Origin: Camelus dromedarius
Lineage: Eukaryota
DNA: 64,000 bases
NCBI RefSeq assembly: GCF_036321535.1
Contig: NC_087437.1
Span: forward strand, 70,124,001 to 70,188,000
Direction of reading: 5' to 3'
The notes under the pieces: model-generated
Told to the model about the DNA's origin: nothing
What the model saw: only the letters and a program-made list of their open reading frames with translations
The model's database searches: none
Shown here: positions 38,761 to 52,369 of the stretch, piece by piece
Numbering within the stretch: the stretch's first letter is position 1
How the letters are laid out: every line of letters starts with the position of its first letter
Translations under genes and position numbers: made by a program

Positions 38761-40149
38761 ATTCCAAGGCAGTGGCAGTAGTCCTCAAGAAGCTGGGTCT
38801 ATGTCTATTTGTCTGGTAAGGTGGCTTTCTCTGCTGAGGGTCTAGAAATTGGAAAGAATTCAGGGCAGGGCGGATAGGAAACCAACAGCTAAACAGTGAC
38901 TGCCAATTAGTGTTAATTCAATGGAAAAGAAAGGAGGAAAATCAGACATTTCATTATGTATATCCAAAACACATTAAAATAATGAGAAGGTTACCAAATG
39001 CTGCTAGGGTTCAGAATTATATTTCTGGCAGCAAAGAGGTCAGGCAAGGTGGAGTATGAGATAAGCCTGGGGAGTCAGACTCATCCAACAGCCTGGTTTT
39101 CTCCAGGTCAAAAAACTGTTGAGAATGTGAGTGCCTGCAGCCTGATGGTAATTAATTCTCTGGGCAAAGCAAAACAAAATTAGAATGCGTGTTAATTTTT
39201 AACTATTCTCTTAAAAATATGACTAAGTTCAACCTCTGGTCTTTATATTCCTGTATATGAGTCCTCACAAACCTTTCAAAAGGGAGAAGCGACCACTGGA
39301 ACTAACAACACTGTAGCTTAAACAAAAAAATCAAGTGCATAAGAGTACATGGAGGACAAAGAACATATAAACTGTCAAATGTCACGTAAGATTGTTAAAC
39401 CAGTTGGACTACACTAAGCTACTTTATTGTCATGTGAAAACTTTGTATCGTCAACCACCCCTCCGGTTATTCCAGAATCTTGTTTTCCCATAATAGTTCT
39501 CTACTGTCAACAAGGCATGCCGACTATTTCCTTAATATAGCACCGTGGAAAGAACAAATAAGAGGCATGCTATCTTTCCTTGAAAGTAAATATCATATGA
39601 TTTTCTCGACTGTCAGTTGTCAAATGGTTGTTACCGCACTTGTATCACAATTCTGGTCCTGTGATATTCTCTTGTCTGGAATGTTCCCTACTGACATCAT
39701 GCTCTTCTCTCAGTCATCATTCCTTTTTGCTTTTATCCCTTCTTTGGTCTTCACTTCTTGGTCTTTGCTTCTTTCTCCCTTCTACTTTGCTGTATTCACT
39801 TGCTTAATCAAGCTATTTTTGTACTCCGTACTTCTGCTTCTCTAGAACATGGCGAATGGTCCCAGCTCCTATCCAGATGAACCCTCCTTTCTCACTAGGC
39901 CTATATCTTATGTGCCTTAACCTTTCTTCCTCAAAAATGACACTCTAATCCTAACATCCTTTATTCCATAGCTGAATAAATAATGGTGTAGATAACATCT
40001 GTGGTTGGAGAGGAAAGTCAAATTCTCAGTCTCTTCAAACATCCACAGTCCTACTCCTATCTTTAAAAATAATTAAGAAAAACATTTTTATTTGCTCATT
40101 TCCACCACCTTTCTCTTCCCTTCCTCTTGCTACTCAGTCACTTATGTTG

Positions 40150-40320
40150 TCAAAAAGACCATGAGACGAGGAATTAAAAACCCTGGATTTAAGTCCTAAC
40201 CATTTTCTTGCTTAATAGAAGGAAGGTCTAGAAAAGCCTTATAGCTTTTTAATATTGTCTGTAAATGAGACGATTATCATCAACTCTGCCTATAACACAA
40301 AATTATTGTGAGAGGAGAAT
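40150..40320 (+). mobile_element. MIR fragment
   Basis: ccctggatttaagtcct...tgtctgtaaatgag...ttattgtgagagg. Confidence 0.5.
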
Positions 40321-41438
40321 GCCTGAAAAATGCCTGATTTGACTGAAGTTAGAAAAATTAGCATATTATTGAGACGTTAGATGTTTTACAATCTTGCCTG
40401 AGAGAAGTTCATGGGCTGGAGACAGATAGGTGAACTGAACCTTCTCCAAAAGGTTCAGAAGTAGCCCAAGCAAGTTAATACTGGCCAGAAAGTGGTGTCA
40501 GATTTTGAAATGTTAAACACATGAATGAAAAAGATTATAAGAATAAGACTATCTGAGGACAGTTTGAGGAGGATGGCATTTGCCCAAAACAAATTAAGAA
40601 CTTCTGCTCAAGCTACTGTCCCTTTCTGGAATTCTATTCTTGCTTCTATCCTACTGAGCCAGATCTTTTCAGCTCTCTGATAACTCCAGCCAACATTGAT
40701 TTTGCCTCCTCCTGACTGTCTAGAGAACAGAAGGTCTGTACTATTTACTTGGGCCCTTAATTAACAGGTTATTGCATAGTGTCTAGATTTCTATGCATCC
40801 TTTAACATGTTCATATTCAACAGCTTCTTATAGGTTCAGGTGATTTATAACAGTCTACAGAGCTAAGCACAGTGTTAGATATAGTTACGTGTCATCTCAG
40901 TCACCTGCCTTTGCATTATATCCTTTGATGCTTTCAGATTTGTTTCCCTTTCCTAGAATTTATATATTCTTCTACTCTCTTGGAAAAGTCAATTTTCTAA
41001 AATTTTCTCCTGTATCTTGCAAAATCCTTTTCATAGGTATGCTTTTTCTTTTGAGTCTTCACAATAACTTTATTTCCCTTGTTTTGCAATATTTCTTTAT
41101 GCCCATCATATTGGTTCCTACTCCCTACATAGAGAAATACTGCTGAATTCTCTTCTTAGGTGTACAAACAGTCTGGATTGGTGACTTTTATGGACTTCTG
41201 CTGGGCTGAAATGGCCCACTTTCTAGTCTTCTGACACTCTAAACAGATGCAGTTCATATATACTGTAGCCAACACTCCCCCTATCTCTTTTCCCAAATAT
41301 GTTTTACTTGTGAAGACTATACTTCCCCACTTCCCATGATGCAACACTCTACCACTCCCCCCTCCCCCCGCTTCAGTTCCTTTCTTCTTTTCTGGTGTTG
41401 TAGGTTCTAACTGGATATAACAAGAGAAGTCTTCAAAC

Positions 41439-41530
41439 AATGTGAATATACTTAACGGTACTGAACTGTAAACTAAAAAATGGTTAAGATAGTAAATTTC
41501 ATGCTGTGATTTTTACAATAAAAAGAAAAA
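41439..41530 (+). mobile_element. Short L1MB-type 3' end
   Basis: aatgtgaatatacttaacggtactgaactgtaaactaaaaaatggttaagatagtaaattt plus an A-rich tail. Confidence 0.8.
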
Positions 41531-43767
41531 GTTTTGATTGGGAACAAGGGGAAGGGAAAAGGGAGAAGATGACAGCATCATGGCTACCCCCGCCAAAGTA
41601 GCAGTTTAAGTGGTAGAGGGGTGGGTAGCTGCCCAAGTTCTTACTTGAAACACAGCAGCTTTCTAAACCAAGGGGCATACCTTGAGGGCTGAGGAAGCTC
41701 TTCCTAAGTACTTCCATTTGAGCATAATAAAAGTAAGGCACCAGTTGAGTCTTTCAATCTAGAACCAAAAACCTTGTAGCGAATGAAAATTCCCTCAGAT
41801 GGGGAAATAAGCTGACTGTCAGTCATTTTCAGTGTCACTGTGGATTTTCACCTTTTTCTCATTTTCATAGGTATAGTCAGAATTTTATTAGGAGACACTG
41901 CCCAGGTGCTGTTTTACACAAGAAGCCCCAATTTTTTCAAAAGCTCATTAAACAAATTTTAAGTCAACTTTCCAATGAGTTTAAAAGTTTTCAACTAAGG
42001 AAAAGAAAAAAAAAAAAAGCCTAATACCAAGTCCCTGAAAAATGGAGAAACTGACTAGAAGGGGAGAAGCAGCTAAGAAACATCAAGATGGGAAATGAGA
42101 GATTTCAGGCATTGTCACACATTTAAGGCTGAGTCTAACAACATGGGGAAAGAAAGCATTACAAAGAGCCATCCTGGTAAGCTTGTTGCAAAAGGATTTT
42201 TATTTAAGAGAATAACTATCTTCAAAACTGGCCTAATGAGGGTTAGATTGTTTATTAGCATATAGCCAACATTCTGTTACAGTTTCCAGCTGTGCAGGGA
42301 ACACAGAGAAAACTAAACCCACTATTCTGTGGGATCAACAATTCATGTATAAAGCTAATGGTTTCCAGAAAAAGATATTCACTCAACAAACATTTGCTGT
42401 ATATATAGAACCACATCTAGATCTGGATGAGCAGAACAAGCAGATCTTCTAATTATTCAGGGGCCTTTCTCTCTTTTCACGCAAAAGGGAATACTCCCAT
42501 TGATGCCAACCATCCACATTAACATCTATGCTTTTCTCATATTAATTAGTTGCTACCTTCAGAGGCAGGAAAGAGGAATCCAATCAAAAGGTAGGGGGAA
42601 ATAAATAAATATTCATTTCCTTTTATTTTATTTAACTTGGTTTAACTGGTTTCCTACTCTGAAATCACCATGTAGGTGCTATGAAATATTCACAGATAAA
42701 CAGTGCAATATTTTAGCACTCAAGGGACCTTTATAGGGGAAGAGGGGAAAAGTACCTTAGCCCAAGAATCCATGGAAGGAAACAACAAAAAGAGGCAGTT
42801 GATAGTGGATTAAATTGGGAGAAGGCAGCCTTAGGGTCCAGCCAATGATGTTATCCCATCACTTTCAAATCCTGTTTCATCAGTGAAGAGTCTTTAGAGA
42901 CTTGATCTAATCTACTGATTGGAAAAGAGGCTACACAGAGGGGTTGCTTTTAAAATTCCATTCCAGCTGACCTACACACTGTGTCAAAGCTTTAGGGCCC
43001 TAGGCAGGTCTGATCCTGGATCATTAACACTTGAAAATCAGGAATAAGTCCTGACATAAGAGAATTGTACCCACTTATCAGTTTTATAAGAACATAGACC
43101 TGCTTAACACACTCATCTCTAAGTAGAACAGAATGTGTCAAAGGCCTTGAATGATACAAAATTATGTGAGTGGCCTTAGGGAAAAGTAAACACTATCTCC
43201 ACTGCCTAACAGGTTGACTCTCACTCACAATATTTATTGAGGGCCTTCTGTACGCCAATCACTATTTTAAGAACAGGGTATATAGAAGATGTTATACAAG
43301 CACACGCTGTAGAGAACCAAACGCACACCAAGTGGATCTTCTAAATGCTTCGTTAGCCATGTATCCCACCGTTACAGGGATGCATCTAAGCTGAAACAAT
43401 CTACATTTCAGTGATTTTTGCCCTATTTGGTCTTTGACCTTTGGCTTTCTTCTATTGCTGGTGACATTAAAGATTCTTCAAGATGTCCACTTGAGAGTAC
43501 CTGTGTTATTAGAAACTATTACAGTCAGAAAATTAGAATTCATTAACAGGCAGATAATGTACTTGCTACTAAGATGTATGGGACTATATTTATCCTGCAG
43601 TGTAACATATCTGTTCATCAGTGCAGGAACAGGACGATCTTTCATCTGGATGAAATAGCCTTGAAAGCTTTGTCACTGCAGTACAGCAAGAAGCTACTAA
43701 AATGGTTCTTCCTGGCCTCCTTCTTAAAAAAAAAAAGACTGCACCACCTCCCAAGGGCTTCAATACA

Positions 43768-43920
43768 GTTGCTATAGCAACGCTATATCTGAGTCAGAAC
43801 TATTAACAATCACCATGGCAACAAGTGTCTCACTTGCCATTTCCAGAAACTCATTGCATTTGGACTAGAATCATCACACCATGTAAAAAGGGGTGGGGTT
43901 TTCCTCTCACTAGGAAACAG
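43768..43920. promoter_or_regulatory. Candidate RFX-bound promoter/enhancer (X-boxes + AP-1 + GT-box)
   Basis: Perfect palindromic X-box GTTGCTATAGCAAC (43768-43781), TGAGTCA (43790-43796), second X-box ATCACCATGGCAAC (43809-43822), GGGGTGGGG near 43890 and CTAGGAAAC half-site near 43910, all in non-repeat DNA. Confidence 0.65.
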
Positions 43921-45589
43921 GATACTTTCTCCAAATAACTTAGCTAAAAAAATGTTTTAAATAAAATAAAAGGAATTATAAAGGAATCATGCTGATTATC
44001 CTCTTTTCTGAAATATTATAGTTTAATGGAAATAATGGTTAAAATGTTAATAATTGATATGGTAGATTCATTTCTCCCAATAGGATTCAGTAAAATCTTT
44101 TGTATGTAAAAACTTCCTTCCTATTTTATAAATTCTCATAACTGTTTTATTTCTCTTGCCCAGCTCTTTTTTGTCTCTGTTAATTTTCCCTTTCTTCCCT
44201 CTGTCAAACACCCTCTTGAATATTTAGCAGAGCAGAATTCTTTAGAGATTTGTGGATCACACTTGTCAAGTTAGAAGCAGCAGAAAGAATCACACATATT
44301 TCTGGAATTGCACCAACAATGGAGTGTGTGGTACTCCGTGGGAAGTGGTCATGGTGGAGCTGTGCGTCCTTCCTATTTTTTTTTTCTTTAATCATAAGAT
44401 GGTAAGAATGGGCAATGTCCAGATTTTCATCCAGAGTGTGGCCGCCACAAGTGATGAGACACTGGAGGAGAATCACACTTTAATATACATACTTTAATAT
44501 CTAGTTTCTGAGAACGATTGGATCATCTTTGCTCTCATGTAACCTTCCCTTCCTGGATATATCCCAGGGCACCTCTTCACCTCCTGACCCTGGTGCTCTT
44601 ACCATATCATGTCATGTCACACAATGATATTTTCCTGGGATCTCTGTCCTGGATAACAGTTGCTAGGGCCAGATAATGTTGACTAGTAGCTTTCAGAATA
44701 GGTTTTCATGTGTTTGACAACCCCTACCCCCCAAAAAAAGTGCAAAAACAAAGCAAATTTTTCTAAAAGCCAAATTACATCAAACATCGAAGTGATCTCT
44801 TTTTCTTTTCCAAGTGTCTTGTTCCATGAAAACAAATACTCTATGTTTTGATGTGCCCTTTCCTCCCTCAGAGCCTACACCCAGGAGAATGAAGGCAGGC
44901 TGCAGAGCAAGTAAACGTTGGTTCAGAGAACACAACTTTGCCAGTGATGGGAGAAGGGAAATAGATGTGACCCTTCTTTTCACCATGAATCCTAGGTTAT
45001 TTGAATCTTCATGCCCAGTATTTATGTAGAATAAAAGTTGGAGGAGAAAGGCAGACAAAATTAGAGTGTTGAATTAAACCGATGTTACGGTGATAAGAAC
45101 TCCTGCAGTAAAGACTCTCTAGCCTATCATTGAGAGGGTAGAAGGAGTCCAAGGTCAGAGTGACATTTGACTGAAAGCTGAGGGCTATCCTGTAGCCGAG
45201 GGTATACAGTTATTCAGAAAAAAAGGTTGCATTTTATAATGAACCCACCTCTGAGTGAGGCACTCACATTGCTGTCCTGACCCTGGACTACTCAAGAAAA
45301 CAGGAACTAAACCTTCTCCAGAAAATTAAAGTGACATTGGAATGCTCACATTTGCAAAGTTTTCTCTGAAATGCTATATAATCTGTCCACACACAGGGTT
45401 TTTGCCCAGGTTCTAAATGAAATCAAGCCAGTGCCCCTCTAAAATAGAAACCTGCATTGTGACATGGTATGGATAGTCAAGTTAAGGCTTTACCTGCAAA
45501 GCAGTCAACATGAGGGGCTTTGGCTGGGAGACTCCTACCCTGATTGGCATTTTCCATAGCTATTTGTGTATAAGTAAATCACAGAAGCA

Positions 45590-45800
45590 CCAGTTTTTAA
45601 TTCAAATTCCTATTCCTCCCATTACTAGCTGTGAGACAACGATGAGTACTAACTTGATCACACTGACCTCATCTTTTCTCATCTTTGAGATAGAGCTAAC
45701 AATAATACTTAGTTTATAGAACTGTTTCAATTATTAAATAAATTAATATACATAAAGCACCTAGTACAGTGCTTGACACTCAATACATATTATTATTACA
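45590..45800 (+). mobile_element. MIR SINE
   Basis: ttcaaattcctattcctcccattactagctgtgaga...ttttctcatctttgagatag...taaagcacctagtacagtgcttgacac. Confidence 0.85.
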
Positions 45801-45884
45801 TTATAGTTGGATTCAATTTGTCTATATACTAATTGCTTCCTACTCAGATAGACAGAAAACATGTTTTGCCTTAAAAGATTGTCC

Positions 45885-45985
45885 ATTAATTTATTCATTC
45901 CTCTACTCATTCATTCAACAAACATTTATCTCTGAGAGGCAGAGACAAGATATAGGCTTTGCCTTGTAAGAGTTATAATTTAATA
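45885..45985 (-). mobile_element. L2 3' end fragment
   Basis: ttcattc...tcattcattcaacaaacatttat is the L2 tail signature. Confidence 0.6.
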
Positions 45986-46904
45986 ATTTTGAAAAGACTA
46001 GTAGAGGAGGGAAAGCATTGCAAATGCTATCTCAGTTTCAGAATTAAACAAGAGATTTTTCCCAACTGGGTGAAATGGTCATGCATTTATCTTTGTGGCC
46101 TGCTCTTCTCTAACACAACCCTTAATAGGTAAATATGCCCACAGGCTTCTGGACTCCATTTGTGAAGCTATAGTATAGGTTGTCCCAATACTGCCATTAA
46201 GATTGCCGTGTATAGAGTGTGTGTTTCTCTTGGCTATAAAAATAAAGGTTCCCTGTAGACTGGAACTTGGCAAACATAGTTTGATTAAGTTGGGCTATTT
46301 TTATTTTATGCTCAAAGGGAAGCAACATGCCCTCATGAAACAAGCTGTTTTGAAGTCAGAAAACTGTACTTCTCTGCCATTGAGTTATATTTGAAAAGTT
46401 TCTCAGTTTCTCCTCATTTGAAAAAAAAATGGAGAACGGTTTCTGCCTCCTATATTTTATTACAATGAAGGTAAATAAAAGGGCTAAATGCTATCACAAA
46501 CTCTAATTATTTCATGTGCTGTCTCAAAATGGGAACCTGTAAATAAATAGTGGTTCTACTGCTTTCTTATTCTACAAAATAAGAACAAGTAAATGTAATC
46601 AATCCAACCATGTACAGAAAGACCTAGCAAGTGTCAGAGATTAAACCTCTAGCAAACAGCACATTCTAAAAGAATACAGACATATTTGGCCACAATGAAA
46701 GAACAAATGGATAGAGCCTCAGTTCAAATATTTTGTTTATTATTTGTGCACTGCCATTGATTTTTCACAAATTTCTTCCTCACAACAATTTATAAAACAC
46801 TAGGAAATAAATTGCTTTGAGATAACACTCTGCCTTCCATGTCTGGTTTCAAGGAAGCTCATGGAAGACAGCCAACTGGTAAGTCGCTCTTTGACACTCC
46901 CTTA

Positions 46905-46931
46905 TACACACACACACATGCACACACACAC
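46905..46931. repeat. (CA)n microsatellite
   Basis: Directly visible. Confidence 0.9.
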
Positions 46932-47774
46932 CTAAGACTAAAATCATTTGTTATCACCTCTTTCACAGAGGTCATCCTGGGTAAAACTAGCTGAGTGACA
47001 GGGCTGGCAAAGCAGTGGCACTGTCTGGGTCCAGCCTGGACTGGAAGCTCTGTGAAATCAGCTGGGTGCTGAGCATCAGCAGTAATTCTCAAAGAATAGA
47101 ATTCTGCTTTTCTCCACAAAGTCCTTCCTGCTCTCTCCAGCTTAAACATTTATCTTTTTTTTCAAAGAACTCTCAAGTCTATTTATTTGGCAACTCCTTC
47201 AAAAAGGTTACATCCTTTTTATGGGCAGAAACTGTACCTTATGTTTGTTTTCCTTACAGCAGCTAAGACAAATAACTTGTATATCCTTGTTAACAAATGT
47301 TTTGATATCAGGGTTCTATAAAGACTTAATAATTAATAAAATACTTTCTAACTTCTGCTGAGATATGGACAAGGGAAACTACTCATCTGGCAACAGTGGG
47401 TGCAGTTTTCTTTGCAAACTTGCCTACTGAGTATAGAGGTGTTTGAGGAATACATTGAATCACAATGACTAAGTAATTCTGTCTCATGTATATGGGTCCT
47501 ATTAGGGCCATAAGGCACAGATGGCTCAACTCCATCCTACTTAACCAAGCTGTGACATGATGAAGTAGAGGACGACCTAGAAAAATGGGCAAGAACCACC
47601 ATTTTGAAGTATTAAGATTATCTCTATTATTTAGATACTCCAAATGCTATAATTCTATATTCAGATTGACTCTGTTACTACCAAATATCCACCCCAGAGT
47701 TGAAGGGTCTTCTGACCCTCTGCTCTTGTAAGAAGTAGTCATTCTCTGTATTTCAGGTTAAAAAAAAAAAAACT

Positions 47775-48235
47775 ACTTAGGGTTCTTTGGTTGCTAGGAA
47801 CAGAAACAACTTTAGTTCATATGAGCAAGAACTGTATTATTGGAAAACTACTGGGCAATGCACATGATCAAATAGAAGGCTGAAGAACCCAACTTAGAAC
47901 AATCAAGTGCAGGTAGCTCCTGAAGGTCTTAGCAGAATCTCAGTAGATTCACTTCTGTTGAAATGAGTGGACTCTTTTTGTGGGTCCTCAAGAGAGAGTA
48001 TTAGCCAAGGTTAGGGTACATGCTCACTGCCTAGAAAGAGAATTTGGCAGAGAGAACTTCTGGGGAAGCCCAGGATTCCGTAGAGATGGGACAGGCACCT
48101 GAATTCACCAGCTACCCAGATTTCACTCGACATAGGGAGAGAATCCACCCCCTTCTACTCCTCAAAGTATCAAGAAGCTTTAAGCAATGAGACAAGGATA
48201 TTGAGTGCCTCCCAAACCACAAACATCTACTACAA
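47775..48235 (-). mobile_element. Old MLT1 (K/L-like) LTR
   Basis: ttagggttctttggttgctaggaacagaaac...ccacaaacatctactaca termini. Confidence 0.55.
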
Positions 48236-49500
48236 TCATCACCCACCTTTCTCTTCTGCTGTGGAGGTACTATTAGATCTCCTCTCTCTCTAAGTCTTTT
48301 AGCTCTTAATAGAAAAAGTGTGGAAATTATGTGTGCCTGCCATTTAGAACCATGTTAATGAACTTGTCACATCAGCTAGCCTAATTTTCCCAGTATACTA
48401 GATTCACATATGCTTCTACAATAAAGATCCTGCCTATTCTTCTGTGCCCTGTGTATCACAGCATGTAATTCAGGTGCTCAGTTTAGCAACATTCTGCAAC
48501 ATTGATACTATCCCCACCTGATTTGTGTAGATGATGATAAGCAAAATGACATTGGCAGCGTTTAATATTTTCCAGCTTAACAAAGGAAGAAAGGTTCTGT
48601 TATATTAACATACACTTGGATTGGAATAAGCAGCAAAAGCAACTGGCTGTGCAAGTTTTCTAAACTCCCACCAAGCTGGTATCATCTCTCCATGTGTCTC
48701 CCTGGCAATCCAGGGCAATGCCTTTTATGGTGATGTTACCTGTAAGTGAGCAAATAATGAGGATGACCTACTATTTACCAAACCATCATGTTTAGTAGCT
48801 GTTATCCAAAAAGCAGGCCAGAGAGCCAGGATGGCGCCTGCCTTCATACAAACCTTCAAAAGAAAGATTGTGAATGTCCATGTTCTGCTATTTCTCTCCA
48901 ATATTTACACATTATAATATGACAGCATAATGTATATTTACTCTGATTACTAGGTCATTTTCACTTCTCAGCTATTTGGCTGATAATTACTATTCACTGT
49001 GTTTCCTAAATGCTAAATGAGCAACATGCTAGCACTGATGAAAGTTGTACGTGCCATTTTAGCACTGTGCCAGGAAAAGGAGCTGGGACCACAGGGGTGC
49101 CAATTGCAAGGCTTAATCTGTACTGACCAAAACTTTGGTCCTTGTGTATTCATTCAACATGTCAGAAGTTATAGCTGCAGTTATATATTTAAGTTAATAG
49201 AAATAATGATTTTTGTAATTCAGTTATGCTGTTGGTTGGCCCACAAACTAAGTCTAAAAGATCCTGAATTATCTATGTTTTCATTGGTTTTTTGCAGTGA
49301 ATACACACTCCAAATAATTGCCAACTCTTCCTTCTATCCTGTGAATTTATAAGCCGAAACTCTGGTTATCTTTCATGCTAATTTTAAATGACTTCAGATG
49401 TCTGTACCAGCTATAGGAACACAGGGCTACCCTTTAAGATGTGGTATTTCCTGCCCAGTAAAAATCCTTTGAAAAAGTATTCCTCCTAGACTCCAATTTT

Positions 49501-49529
49501 GTTTTATTTTATTTATTTATTTATTTTTT
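49501..49529 (-). mobile_element. Solitary poly(A)-tail insertion with TSD
   Basis: T-rich 29-mer between perfect 14-bp direct repeats tagactccaatttt (49487-49500, 49530-49543). Confidence 0.8.
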
Positions 49530-50474
49530 TAGACTCCAATTTTAGATACATCCTATCTGCAACTTTCCAGGCCAGGCAAGAAAAGGAAGATAAAAGCTGA
49601 GGATATCATGCCTGGCTTTGTTTCCTGAGGTTTGGGGTGAAGATCAGTAACAGCACTGGTGTGACCTGATGAGCTTCAGCCGCTTCTGATTTTAGAAGAG
49701 CATACATTCAGACCTAAGTCTGCAGAGCTGTGTAGAAAGAGAACCAGACCCTAAGGACTTGAAGCAGAGAGAAAGTTATGTGGCCTTCGTAAATAAAGCT
49801 CCATGCTCACCTGTTTGGCTGCAGTCTTACTTTCCCAGTAAGGTGCAGAGTGCTATATTGGCAAGGAGACCGGAGCATAAAGACAGGCAGCATGAAAGGG
49901 GCAAAGCAGGCTTGGTATCCCGCAAGTCTGCTCAAGGTAGGCTACAGAATGGGTCATTATTCCCTTCCCCAGGGCTTGCCTCATGGGTTTGCAATTTAAA
50001 TTAGTCAGGTGTTGCTGGGAGGTGTTCCAGCAAAACCAACGTGGAAGTTTGGGAGTTGCTGATTATGGATGGAGAGGTGCCTGCTAGCAAGGAAAACTTA
50101 CTATAATTATTTTAAGCCACAGGAGAAAATGAAAAACAAACAATTGTTTTAAAAGAATGTAAAAAATTCAACAATAAATATGTCACACATAGATTTTAAA
50201 AAGTTAAAAAAAGAGGGTTACTATTAATGATGAAAACAACAGAAGTTATTCCACAACAACCTCTTTTCCAACTTCCTCATTTCACCCTTGCTTCTACCTT
50301 TCAAGTTCATTCTTTCCACAGCATTGTCTTACTTGGACATACAGACTCTAATTACAAGATAGCCATCTGCCAGCATTCATTCTGTTTGGGGCCCAAAATA
50401 TGTCTGGTGGGCCTTGGTTTAACCCTTTGTTTATCTCTGTTGTTGGTTTGCTTGTCCGAAAATTAATGGAAGGA

Positions 50475-50640
50475 TAACTGGGCTTGAGTAAGAACATCTG
50501 ATTTCCATTCCATTCTTACAAGCTAAACAAGACATTAAACCTCCCTAGGCCTTGCCATCTCTACTTTAAAAAAATACCTACCATGCCTCACTCATAGAGA
50601 GGAATATAAAATATGCCTTGTAAATTGCAAAGTGTAGGAC
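50475..50640 (+). mobile_element. MIR3-like fragment
   Basis: ctgggcttgagtaagaacatctg...ttaaacctccctaggcctt...cttgtaaattgcaaagtg. Confidence 0.55.
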
Positions 50641-52369
50641 CAACAGGAGTTCTTTTCAATATAATATTTTCCTGACTTTAGAGAATTTGGAAAACAAAGA
50701 AATACAAACATGGAGTTATAGCTTTAAATCATGGCCAAAAGTCTCATTCCTCATTTCTGTGTCATCATTCACATGGGCAGCTCCCCTCCACTAAAGTGGC
50801 AGCATCTGTCACAGTTATATGTTGGTCTCTGATTCTCTGAATCTAGAAAATACATGGGAAATGGAAATTCCAACATATAAGGCCACACAGATCCTTCTCA
50901 CATTCCTTTAAGGAGTATATCTTCCAAGGTGGAGGGAATTGCCACATTAGTCCACATGCACATGTACACACACACGAATACTTCCTATTCTGATGTTCAA
51001 TTGATTTCTGGGTGCGCTCTCAGAATGCACACAGATGGACTGCTAGGTAATTGTAGTGTCAATCAACATACCACAAAAAGCAGCATTCTCCAGTGGACAT
51101 AATACCTTAGATTTGTGGTAGGGACAGATCCTGGATCTGCCATCATTTTGTTAGTTGATTTGTGTGTGTGTCTGTTTTTCTCAATACAGTTCCATCTGTG
51201 TTATAGGTAGTAGAGAATATTCCTAGGTATAATCATTAAGGTGTTTATCAGTCTTGGTGTGTGGTTGAGCTGTGTTTTCATCCTTTCCTGTGTACTTGTA
51301 AGTATTTTACCATCAAATTAAGATATATAATGCCTCAGTTAACTAGCAAATGTCTTGCATATTGACCCAGAAGACATGTTTTATTCACTGGTCTTCATCC
51401 CAGCATCACTGGATCTGTAACATCACTGCATCTTTGTCCATGTACATTCTTCAAGATACATGGACAGTGTAGCTAGGAGGCACTCTTGGAGTGGAGACAG
51501 TAAGAGATGATAGGACAGACATTGGAAACTTATAGCTGTGCAAAGTCCCCTATGCAGCACCCCACCCTAAATTCCTGGCTCTCATTCTAGTGCTCTCTTA
51601 CTATAATACCTGGTTTCCATTTGCACTTGTCTCATCTATCATATTTTCTCGTCTGAAAGAGGAATTTCAAAATAGTAGAAGCAAAGAAAAGTTAAAGGCC
51701 TAATAATTATGCAGAAGGCAGGGTTGATGGTGGCAGGGAGCCAGCACAGGATGAGCCCTTGTGAGCACTTCTGTTTTTCCTTGAGTAGCAGAAAGAGTTC
51801 AATCACATTCATCAAAGATTAAAGTGCTTTAAGCTGCCCCTCCAGAGCATGTGGTAAGAGATGCCTTCTTCTCCTTCATCCAGGGAAGCTTAAGTTTTCC
51901 CATCCATCTATTAATTTTCTACATCTGGTACAGTTTTTCCAACTTTCCACCAGGCCTTCCTTTTAAAAACCATTGGTCATTTGGAGACATCCATTTTTCC
52001 TTCTTTGAAAAAGCTTTGAGAGGCTCAAAAAGCAGGGAGGGAGGAATATAGGGTCAATGTACAAAGAAATGTGAAGGTAAGTTTTATTTTCAGAAACCCC
52101 GGTTTTCTGTTCTGTGTCATGTATCCACAGAAATGGTTCTGAAAATTAAATAGAATGATTTGTGGGGATAAACCTGAATCATTCAACCCTGAGAGGAAGC
52201 ATGAGTCTGAATCAGGTTCCACTCAATTCAACAAATATTGATCGACTGCCTAGGATGTGCTATCACAGGGTTATCAGACTAAAAAGCAGAAAAGCTACAG
52301 AGAGGAGAGTGATTAAGACTCTCTCACCTGCTGCAGTTGGTGCTGTCTTTTATGCCCGAAGGAAATTTT

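Noticed and set aside
43420..43740. Minus-strand coding exons next to the RFX site
   Set aside because: Short frames ending in stops, weak donor, no recognised protein.
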